A program made the translations under genes and the position numbers. The notes beneath the pieces were generated by a model. The model saw only the letters and a list, made by a program, of their open reading frames with translations. It was not told the origin of the DNA and did no database searches. A stretch of 37,990 bases of DNA from Seison nebaliae (taxonomy: Eukaryota): positions 1 to 37,990 of the forward strand of contig JALJEE010001129.1 in NCBI GenBank assembly GCA_023231475.1. Direction: 5' to 3'. Shown piece by piece: positions 1 through 10,800 of the stretch (the stretch's first letter is position 1; every line of letters begins with the position of its first letter).

Positions 1-1089
1 TCCGTTTATGGTAAGATTATCTATTACAAAAGCTGATGGTTGGTATTTCTGTGGAGGGAGTATAATCAATAATCGCTGGATAGTAACAGCAGCTCATTGT
101 GTAGAGGGAGCGTTAGTTTTGTTTTTAAAATTCAGTTCTTTCGCATTTCGTGAATTATAGAATAACATCATATATTCATGTTGGAGATCATAGAATGGGT
201 GAATGGGATTGGCCAACGGAAGTAAGGATGGAAATTGAAAGTATAGTAATGGTTTAATTTTTCTTGATTAAATGGTATATGTTAGATCTAATACTCTTCT
301 ACCATCAAAATATATAGCATAAAGATTATTTTATCAATCGCTGGAAAATTGTATACGATATAGCATTAATGCGTACCAAAAATGAAATTACTTTTGGTGT
401 TGGGGTTCAACCAATTTGTTTATCTGAGTTTGAGAAGGATATTGGAGATGAAGTCACTGTTGCTGGTTGGGGACAAGTTTCAACAAGTTTTGTTTAATAA
501 TTTTTCTTATTCGCATTATATTTTCATAAATACAAGATGGAAGCACTTCAAATGAACTAAGGAAAGTAAACATTAATATTCAGGCCAACTCGGTATGTTG
601 GGCTAATGATCAAGATGAACAAGATACAATATTTTGTGCTGGGGATATCGATAATGTGAAGGACACTTGCTTTGGAGATAGCGGTGGTCCTTTATATTAT
701 GTCAACAATGGTCGATTTACTTTACTTGGAGTCCTTACTATAACCATAAATGGTTGCATAGGTATAGGTGGTTATATCAAATTGCCATTCTTCAAAGATT
801 GGATGACTACGATTATGAATTCATATCTATAGAACCTGCCTTTCTGGCTTATAATCTACAATTTTCATTCTGTTGAAATGCAGTATAAATTATTATTTCT
901 AATTATATTTACATTATATAATATTTAATATTATTAATTATATTTATGATGTATGCCTGGTTCCAATCTTCTTATTTTATTTCATGTAAGGCTTTTAAGG
1001 AATTATTTAATTATTCCTTTCTTCAATTTTTTTGTCTGAATCTCTTGTGATTTCTGGTTATATCATATACGCCGAAATTAAAAGGCCTA
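1..1089. repeat. Left arm of ~1.09 kb inverted repeat (partner 36902-37990)
   Basis: Position x pairs with 37991-x without indels. First 141 nt are identical; similarity stops abruptly after 1089. Confidence 0.97.
2..832 (+). CDS. Trypsin-family (S1A) serine protease, copy A, 5'-truncated by window edge; exons 2-111, 161-251, 318-486, 537-832
   Basis: Manual splicing across GT-AG introns 112-160, 252-317 and 487-536 gives 221 aa with [17 protein letters not shown] (His), YDIALM (Asp), VQPICL, VAGWG and [11 protein letters not shown] (Ser; Asp at the 189 position). TAG at 830-832. Confidence 0.95.
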
Positions 1090-1250
1090 CCCTGGTGTGT
1101 AAAGATCATGGTTACGTTGTGGTCAATCATAGTAAAATTGTGGTCAATCATAATATTACTATTATAGCATGATTATCGTGTAAAAAAGATCTAAAAAAGG
1201 TCATTATATCATGATAAATTTACCACGTTTTAACTATAGTAAAAAAATAA
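1090..1250. mobile_element. Probable DNA-transposon terminus or non-autonomous fragment (CCC-start, subterminal repeats)
   Basis: Starts TA|CCCTGG exactly where inverted-repeat homology ends; direct repeat TTGTGGTCAATCATA at 1117-1131 and 1138-1152; abuts a CACTA-type transposase remnant. No matching opposite terminus found. Confidence 0.45.
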
Positions 1251-1254
1251 GCTA

Positions 1255-1925
1255 ACATTTGCCTGGAGTTTGCGTGAAAAAACTGTTTTCGGAGAAATTT
1301 TATTAAATTGTTTGATGCCAAGATTGATTTTCTTCATAAAACGTTCTTCCAACTTGTAAAGACAGTATTTCGGTTTTTTGATCCAATTTCTGATGATTGT
1401 TTTCCCGACTCCCAAAAACACGCAATGCATGATGTCGATTGGTATATCTAAGATTAGATCAAAATAAGGAATTTTCTCCAAAACAGTATGGCCTTTATGA
1501 TGCATAGAGTCTGTCTTAGATCGGAAAGAAGTATTTGTCGAATGAACACTGCCAATAAAATTCATTCGTTTGTTGATATATGTTGCTCTTAATTCACAAA
1601 ATTTGCAACCTTTCTAACTAATGAATTGAGCAATATTTTTAATCAAAGCTCGAGCATGCAAATCCGCACAGATGAAAATTAGTTTTATTCCAGTCTCCAT
1701 TAATTCTTTCACGAAATCAGTCAACAAAAAATTACCGTTCGGTGTTTCTTTTGAATAATGCAGTGCAGCATAATACACTTTGTGGCAATTTTTTAAAAAT
1801 TTATGAGTATCAGGACTTTGGACCATGGTGAATGAAACAGCCCACAAAGAATATGAAGAGTTCTTAAACAAGCTGATTCCATCAATATGACATGCAATTC
1901 CATGTTCGGAATAATCTAAATTTAA
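1255..1925 (-). pseudogene. Degenerate CACTA/EnSpm (CMC superfamily) transposase
   Basis: One frame gives HIDGISLFKNSSYSLWAV...ICADLHARALIKNIAQFIS*KGCKFCE...IPIDIMHCVFLGVGK, matching the DG..LF.SS..SLW, D.PARA, GC..C and D.MH...LGV motifs. In-frame TAG at 1614-1616; truncated at both ends. Confidence 0.8.
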
Positions 1926-2513
1926 CCAGTTTGTTTTTGTAACATAAACTTAAGGTATTCTTAATGCCAATATAAAAATAATTAACCGAAAGAAAATTAA
2001 GTTTACGTCGTTGGAAGAGCGTTTCGCATCATCGAGGAAACTTATTTGAAAGTGGATTTAACACTTCTGATAATAATTGATTAATAGAAGTTCTCGAATT
2101 TTTTTGGAAAAAAAATCTTGGTTGAGAATGAACATTAATTTAGATTATCAATAATCCTTTTTTCCACGATCATGTAGCCAATATATTTTTGAACCCAATG
2201 GTCGATTTTCATAATTATTAGCCCTATATTAATCGAGATAATGATAAATTAATCGCTGGGCAATATAGGAAAATTTTTTTAGATAATTTATTTTTAACAG
2301 ATAATTAGAAGCACATATCGGACGGAAAGACTCGACACCTCTAAACTCTAATAGAAAGATGCGAACTATATGAAAAATTGTAGTTTCAATGCGTCGGACA
2401 GAAGCATAATTACCATAGAACATGACAGAACTGAACTATTTGTGAAGGTCGTTGAAGAAGGTCCATAAGAATTATTTAAATTTTTTTTATATTGTAAATA
2501 AATCAACTTATAT

Positions 2514-2593
2514 GGTAGCGTGGCCGAGTGGTCTAAGGCGCTGGTTTAAGGCACCAGTCCGAAAGGGCGTGGGTTCGAATCCCACCGCTATCA
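2514..2593 (+). tRNA. tRNA-Leu (AAG)
   Basis: Acceptor GGTAGCG/CGCTATC+A, D arm TGGCCGAGTGGTCTAAGGCG, anticodon arm CTGGT-TTAAGGC-ACCAG, long variable arm, GGTTCGAATCC T arm. Confidence 0.97.
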
Positions 2594-2802
2594 AAAAATT
2601 TTGAAGATGTTAAATGGCACTCCATCTCAATGAATGAACTACAGAACATTCAGTCTTATAAACTACCCTGTTAGCAAAACGTTTCCATTGAAACAATATA
2701 ACGTTAAAAAAGTGTTAATCAGTATACTGATATGCAGCTTTATTCAAAAGTAATTATTATTATTATTTATTAGAGAAATTACCGTAGGGAAAAATTTGAA
2801 AA

Positions 2803-3665
2803 TTAGATAAAAAAATTTCGATCTTCGTCAACGTCGATCAATCGATGTAATTCGGTAAGAGAATCCCGATCGATTGGTATAGAATCTGAGGGATCGAAAG
2901 AAAAAATGAAATTTCTGAAATCTTGGAGAAGAATATCGCGAGATAAATCGTAGTATCGAGTAACATGACTAAAGGCTGAGTGATTATGAAAATGATTCAT
3001 GTTGAAACTGTATGAAGTGTAGAAGTTCGATTCCGAAATTTTCCATAAAAATATGGTATCCAGAGAATATAATGGAAGAACCATACTCTTAAAAAGCTTT
3101 AAAAAAGAAGAACGCTTTACATCATTTGTTATGAACATGATCTAACACCATGGAGGATAGACAATCGAGATCAATGGTTGAGTCAAGAAAGATGGTGGAA
3201 GATTTAAGTGGAATCGACGAGAAGGATCGTAAACCGGTTGATAGTAGACAACATTTAGAAGGATTAATATATACACATCGTTGAGTTAGACGTGATGAAA
3301 GAGAGCGATACGATTATTTTAGATGGCGGAGAGATCGATCTACAATCACTATGTCATCTACGGAGACTATGACATGTGGGAACGATGTGATTAATATATG
3401 TATGTCACATGATTCATTCAGATTATGAAGAACCTCATCGATGACTAAACCGAAAATCCAAAGACCGAAAATAGTACCTTGACGGACACCGGAATTAATA
3501 GGAAAAACATTGCTGAATCGGTTGCCTATGACGACACGTCTAACAAATTCGTAACAGAGCTGATGAAGAAATGTGAGGAACGGAGCCTCGACGTTATGAC
3601 GGCGTAGATAATCTAGAGCGAATGACACATCTATAGAGTCGAAAGCATCAAGAAAAAGAAGATGT
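2803..3665 (-). pseudogene. Degenerate non-LTR retrotransposon reverse transcriptase
   Basis: FLDAFDSID, SGVRQGTIFGLWIFGLVIDEVL, SVDDIVIV (YADD position) and INPSKC motifs. Stop at 3314-3316 and a downstream frameshift. Confidence 0.85.
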
Positions 3666-3806
3666 AGAGAATTTAAAGATTCTTTTCAAAGAAACTTTTT
3701 AGGGATTCTAATTTATAAAAATTTCATAATTTATTTCCATTTATTCAGGCTGAATGTCGTTCATTTATTCGAGATTAATCGAAATAAATTTCAATTATTA
3801 TTATTA

Positions 3807-4652
3807 TTATTTGAGTTTGATAATTTTATTCGATTGTAATAAATCGATATCCTTCTCGATCTCTCTCAATTTCTGTGTGAGATATTTGATCCGTTCGCCT
3901 TTCACGAACGAATTGAGTGAGAGTGGAAATGATTGAAATTGTCGATGAACGACAGACCACTTATTTCTTAATTTCTCTAATAGATCTTGTCTCTCAGTTT
4001 CCGGAAGAAATTTCCTTTCCTCAGCGATCTCAAATTCTCTTCTCTCATCTGCCTTCTTCTGTTTTTCTAATTCATTTTGTTTTTTAATTCTCTGCATATA
4101 TTTCGGCAATTTTGCGAACCATGGCTTAGTTCTAAACGATTCTGATGAGGCTGGCGCACCAAACACCCAACATTTATTTCTCCGTCTATAAATGAATTCA
4201 GATTGAGGAACAGTCGCTTTTAAATTTTTCGCCATTTCTATGTTATATTTGATGTAGTCCGGTGTTCCTTTCACACTTTTAGTGTCATTTTTAAAATTCT
4301 TGATTTGGATTGTCTCCGATACTTCGTCAACATCATCCTTCTTAATACCCGCTAGTTCAAGATCATCTTTCTCGACTTTTTTCTCTTTTTTTGTAATTAT
4401 CATATCGATCTGTTTCTTAGTTGCTAGCCTGGCCTCGTTAGCTCGTTTCTTTAAAAAATTCGACTTGGTTTCTATTTTGTGATCGGATTCTTTCTTCACT
4501 AAAGATGGAACACTGTCTTGTCGATTATATCGAGAAACATATAATGGTGCTATCTTTTTCTCCAATTGTTCCGGACTTACTTTATCTAACCAATTGTAGA
4601 TACTTTCTTCAGGCTGATTTTGTTTACGCATTCTCCCTGTTGATTGGAACAT
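3807..4652 (-). CDS. ENKUR: Enkurin (ciliary/flagellar microtubule inner protein), intronless ORF
   Basis: N-terminal EESIYNW...YVSRY and C-terminal enkurin domain LPETERQDLLEKLRNKWSVVHRQFQSFPLSLNS...LREIEKDIDLL. Confidence 0.85.
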   Translation of the reverse strand: MFQSTGRMRKQNQPEESIYNWLDKVSPEQLEKKIAPLYVSRYNRQDSVPSLVKKESDHKIETKSNFLKKRANEARLATKKQIDMIITKKEKKVEKDDLELAGIKKDDVDEVSETIQIKNFKNDTKSVKGTPDYIKYNIEMAKNLKATVPQSEFIYRRRNKCWVFGAPASSESFRTKPWFAKLPKYMQRIKKQNELEKQKKADERREFEIAEERKFLPETERQDLLEKLRNKWSVVHRQFQSFPLSLNSFVKGERIKYLTQKLREIEKDIDLLQSNKIIKLK

Positions 4653-4896
4653 GATATTAATTGTACGATAATTTTTTCCTAATAGTTTTAAATTTCAATC
4701 GGAGAGATATGAATTGAAATGAAATGAGAATAAATTATTGATTCTCTACTCTTATTTGAATTGAATGGAATTCTCATTTATAGAATATTTAATGAATCTC
4801 ATCTCCATTCAAATTGGATTTCTAATTAATTTTATTAGTATTTATTTTTTTTATTAATTTATTTATTCAAACTCATCTCCCAATGATAAATAGGTT

Positions 4897-7800
4897 TTAT
4901 GTAAATTGTTCAAATTCTCTTTGCCACACTCGATGATTCAATTCCTCCTGCATTCTTGTATATTCGTAATCATTAATCTCTTCATCATGAGGCGTAAGCT
5001 TGGACGAGACGGGTAAACATGAACTACTGTCACTACTGTCAGCATCGGAGGATTGGCAGATTAGTTTGTCCCATAAATTCGCCCGAGATTTCACCGAACC
5101 TGGTAAGACATTTGAATCATTGAAATGAGAATTTGAATTATTGAAAGAATGATTCGCGTTTTCCAGATATTGATTATTATTAAATTTATTTAAATTTAAC
5201 GGTTCAATATTTTTTGGAAATTTCGTTTTATTTGTTGTAGTTGGATATGTTATGGTGGTCATAGATGATGGTAAATCAGCGTCATATTCTTTGTATGTTG
5301 CAAGTGGCAATTGTTCGTCGGATTTATTGGGTGAGAATTGGGAGAAATTGTTTTTCGGTAATTTGGAGAAAGTGAAATTGGAGATGGAAATGGGAGAACG
5401 GTTTTTATGAGTATATACAATTGAACTATTCTTCTGGGAATGAATGACATTTTCATTATCTAAATTTTTCTTCTTTGTCATTTCATGGAAATTTGAATTG
5501 TTTACAATATTTTCTTTAATTGACTTTTGAAAATTTGGAATCGATGACGAACTGATCTGACGGGTTTCGTTGACTGTAAGATTGAGACGGAAAGACAAAA
5601 TTAAATGAAATCATGAAACAAACAATCATGAAATGGAGAAGATTTTATTTCATTAAAATTTTTTCATTAATAATTTCGAAAAGGATTCAGTGATGTTATC
5701 GAAAGCATGAAAAGAGAATGAATTTTCAATGGAATGTTTAGTTAATAGAAATATATAGCAAGAATTATTTGAATCAGCAAGTTATTTGGAATGGAATGAG
5801 ATTAATGTCTCAAAGCAATGATCAGCTGATTAATTTCATCCATTTTCAATGGGAATTCATCAATTATTCTTAAATTTTGATTTATTCCATTTTCTAATAT
5901 TTCATTATATTGTAATTTATTTTTATAAATCTGATAACGATTAATTTCTTCATTTGTCTTCCTATTCGAATTAGTTGGTTGAAATTTGGATTTGAGAAAT
6001 TTTAAAATTTCTTCATTCGAACTAATCACTTCGTAATAACAATTCGAATTTTTCGATTCTAATGTCAATTTTTGGTTGGTTGTCGTGTTCGGTACGTAAC
6101 GTAGAATATTCGATTTAATACCATGATCTTTCTTCTCATTATTGATGGGTGGTCGTTTCGATGATATACTACAAATCGAATGATTATTTGATGAACAGTC
6201 TTGAGGGATAGCACTATCAGGCGACGTGGATTTTATAGAGTAATCTGATGAAGGAATGTATGATGGAAGTTGAGGAAATATAATATATAAAATATAATTT
6301 GAATTATTTACAAATATACGCCACACATAATATAAATATTTAATTGTCTGTTAATTTATTAGTCATTGTTTGAGTGAAATATTCTTTGTATGACGAAGTT
6401 CCGAACGTATTCCATTGTTTCTCATCATTCGCCTTATTAGATTCTGTTAATTTATCAATCTTTACCAAATTATTCGTCTCTTCAATTTGATCATTCACCG
6501 AATGACAACGATTGTGTATAGGAATTCGTTTACTTGTCGTTAACGGAAATGAAATGGAAGTCTTAAAATGACAACGCTCTTCTCGGTTATTAGTCTCGTT
6601 ATTCCTGTTACCATTCTCATTATTAGTATCTTTGTTATCATTGTTGGATGGATCGTTAACAAAATCCATCGAACACGATAATTTAGTTGTGGTTAATTTC
6701 CGATGATGATGGTTTTTTGTCGATGTTATATAATTGGATATATTATCGATATTTTTCTCCTTATTATTCAAATGTGTTATGTTAGTGTGGTCGTTATGTA
6801 ATAGATTTGGAAATGTTTTAGGATCATTCATCAACAATGAAATGTGTATACCTTTCTGATGATTTTCTGGTTGACGGCAAGTTAGACTAGCCTTCTACAT
6901 GAAAAGAACAATAGAAAATAATAATCATCTCTAACAATTGTAAGAAACAGTACTGAGGTTAATAAGGAAATTTTTTAAAAATTATTTTAAGCAAAATTTA
7001 AGATCCGATTGTTAATTCTAAAGGAGAATGATGGAAAATTAACTTTGACAAATGATTTATCTTTCTGATTGTCGAATAACATCTTCAATTTGTTGACTGA
7101 TGGCAAATTGGAATATTCTGTAGTTGAATTATCTTCTATTCGGTTAGTGGAGGGTTTGGCCGTTGGTGACATGTCACGTTCAGCACCTGAATCATAGAAA
7201 TTTTCGTTTAATCCTTTCGATTTATTCAATCCAGATGAATCATCTGTTCTGCTTGATTGTGTCGATGACGTTGAAGTAGAAATAGAATATGTCGGGGAAA
7301 TTGATGTTCTTCTTTCCATGACGTCATTGACGGTAGTCTTGTTAGTTTCAATAAACTGATTCGGATCCACACTTTTTGTTGCGCTAACAACGATCGATGG
7401 TTCGCTTTTTAAATTACTGAAACTTCCAGTTTTCTTTTCGAAGAAATTTCTCACATTCTTTATCGATTGTAATTCGTCAGTGAACGAATTATCGTTCAAA
7501 CCATCCATCGAACGGAATTGTCGACGTTGTTCTAATAAATTTTATCATTTATTAAAAATTAGAAAATTTAAAAAATATTAACGAGAAAATAGAGCAGTAT
7601 TAATTTGTTTTGATGATTTGGGTTGTTTCTCGAAAATTTTCTTCAATTCGGAAACAGCCGGAAAGTTCTGGAAAAAGAATGATAAAAAAGTGTTAAAAAT
7701 TTTTAATATTTTTCATACGCTCAAAAAGTGCGGAAAATAAGAATAACCATCAACTAAGAAAAATGCAATTTTTAAGGAAAACAAATAAAATGTTAGAGAA

Positions 7801-10800
7801 CTAGAGAGGATGAAAACTCTTAAAAAACTAAATTTTATTTCTACGAAATTTCCATAAACTGGGATTAAAGTAAAATAAAAAAAAATTAGGTTATTAAAAT
7901 ATCTGAACAATTCTCTGGATAATTCTCTATAAAATTCATATAAAATTGATATTAGTCTAATTTATTTATTAGTCTATCTTTCTTACTTTACATGTGTGAA
8001 CAATTTTATGCTATTGATGGAAACTACATAATAAATTGCGTAAATCGAACATCAGTTTCTTCGTTTTTACTACACATTCGAATCATCACGTTATCAGTTA
8101 ATGAAATGAATTTCGCTTTCTTTTCAAGTTCGATTTGATGAAGGTCTTCATCGTCCGATTTAGTCGATAGATTTTCAACACTCGAACATTTCCATTCTTT
8201 ACAATTGGTGGACGACGTCTTCATTGACGACAACTGATCGTTAATAGGTCGTGGTAGAGAATAAGTTTTGTTAGAAGATCGATCATTCGATGTCTCAAAT
8301 ATATTAATAGTATGAAGTAATTTGTCAGAAATCGTTCGTTGTCGTGATGGATTTATAAATTTCCTTTCTAAATTTATTCTTTCGAAAGAATTGTTCGAAT
8401 CATTGTTTAGACTCATTCGATCGTCGAATGGACAACTATATAAACTAATGAGATGACTTACTTTTACGACATCGTCTCTATCTAATTTATCTGTTTGTTC
8501 AGGTTTGTTGTGAGGGAACTTTAATGAGATTTCATAAAAAAATTTTATGGGGAAAATTGATAAAAACCTTTAATTCCGAAGGTATCTCATATCGTTTAAT
8601 GGTAACACTATAAAAGAGATAAAAATAGAAAAACTATAAAATTGATATAACATTGGTTCGTCGTTTGATGATAATTCGTCATTTTCCTCCATTATTTTTG
8701 AATGAATTAAACGATTATCGATTTCATTATTATGATTTGTCTTTTTTGACATTACATCCGAATTCGTTTCTTTAATTGTTATATCTTTTATTAATGAAAT
8801 TTTCTCAGAATTCTCTTCTGATTCTGAAAGTTTTACGTCGTTTCTACTATGATGAATTTCTTCTATTTCTTCTTCTTCTTCGTCGTCGTTATCGTCATCA
8901 TTTTCTTCATTTTCTGTTTCATTTTCACTCGATATTTCGTCGGGTATCTCATTATTTTGATTGTTTGTTGTCTCATCGATCAATTGATTGTTAGTAATGA
9001 TTTCTTTGAGCTTAGTTGTTTGGGGATCGGTAGAGAGAGTCAATTCGGATAATGAAGTTCCATTAACATCTTCATCTTCACATTTATTTATTATCGATTT
9101 TGTCTGATAATCCACTGAACGTTCTCCCATAACGAGAGTTGACGATTGGTTTCTACCAATTTGACTATCATAAGTTTTACTCATTTCATTGATTTGAATC
9201 GCATATCCACAATTATCTATTTGTAATGTATTAACTTCCGACGCTTTATCTATTATCATTATTGACGATATTTGAAAATCATTAAATATTAATTATATTC
9301 TAAAATTATTACCTGTCGATTGTTGAGTAGAATCGGACGCCACTGAATTGGTCGAAATCGTTTTCATCGTTTCTTCATTATATTTGAAATTCTCATAATT
9401 CCATTTAAATTGATTCTCATTCGATTGCATCGTATCCGTTTTCGTAATACGTTCTACAATTCATCAACGAAAAGTATTTGAAAAATACGAATTTCAAATC
9501 GAACCGTATTCTAATACATAAAGTTCAGCCGATGTCTCTTGGATCCCAGAGGTGTTTATCAATTTGCACGTGTATTTTGCATTGTCATTATTCTCGCAAC
9601 AATCGATTGTCAATTCGTAAATTCCGTCGCCCAAATAATCTATAATTTAAATTAGTCTACGATTTTAATTGAAACATCTATTAACCAATATTTGTTTTAT
9701 CATATCCGTGTCGTAACGCATGTTCGTTCCGGAAGAACATCACTCGACATTTCGGATATCCATAATCGATTTTTATACGGAATGATGCCGAATACGATTC
9801 ATACACTTCGATGTCTTTCATCGACTCTAAAAATTTGGGCGCTACAATTGATTTGGTTTGATCTGGAAATGAATTTCATTTGAAATTATTCTTATAAAAT
9901 TTAGATTAACTTCTTACTTGTAATTTGATTGAATCGACGTTATGTGAAACTTCATTTGCAGCTACACATAAAATTAATCCATTATCGATATCTTTCTCAC
10001 AATTATACATTTTCAATACATGATGACCATCCGGTTGTTTATAAAGTTCATATTTCTCGTTATTCACTAATTCTTCCCCGTTTGATTTATACCAAAATAC
10101 TTCTGGAAAAATATAAAAATTTGAAATTTTTCATGAAAATTATTCAAAAAATTTTACCTGTAGGTTGAGTTCCTTCAACTTTACAAATGAATTTCGCCAA
10201 TTCTCCATGACGTACGACAATGTCGGTTGGTCGTCGAATGAATCGAGGATCGTTTTTCGTGGGATCGGGTTGAATTCTTGTGGAATTTTCCATCTGTTCA
10301 CGACGACGATGGAAATGACTATTGTCTATCAAACTATTAATCATATTGGGAGGCAATTGTTGGGATACTGATGAGATGATACTCTCATTCTCATCACCAC
10401 TCAACGTTCCGTCACGATTATTCGGTTTCCTCAAATACGATGTGGGATATAGTGGTCGATTTAATGAGAAGATATTTCTTGGTATGGGAAACTTGTTTAA
10501 CGAAATTTGGGATGATCGTTCAATATTCTTATAATTGTTCTCTGTGAACGATGACATATTATTCTCATTTAACGTAATTGGATCAAGTAGATCCTCTTCA
10601 AGTTCATAATTTCTTTTCATATTCTCAATTGTACTTGAACCTGCTGGAACTGGTGCCTGAGTCATATTATCATTCGTATCATGTTCATCATTTCCGTTAA
10701 TCATACAATGTGGTAAACTTTTCACTTTGTTGACACTTTCTCTCGTATTCATTTCATTTTCGGTGGTAGTCGAATTCGATGTGGAATTGGTAGGGGAATT

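Noticed and set aside
161..832. Diversity-generating retroelement (template/variable repeat pair plus nearby RT)
   Set aside because: Differences between the protease copies are not adenine-specific (T/G, G/T, G/C and C/T changes occur), and the RT at 2803-3665 is a broken non-LTR type.
2215..2228. 14-bp inverted match TATAGGGCTAATAA to ~36853-36866
   Set aside because: Too short and AT-rich; no extension on either side.
1614..3316. Stop-codon readthrough or variant genetic code suggested by in-frame stops
   Set aside because: These stops occur in decayed transposon ORFs; conserved genes (BCKDHA, NPL4, APLF) translate normally with the standard code.
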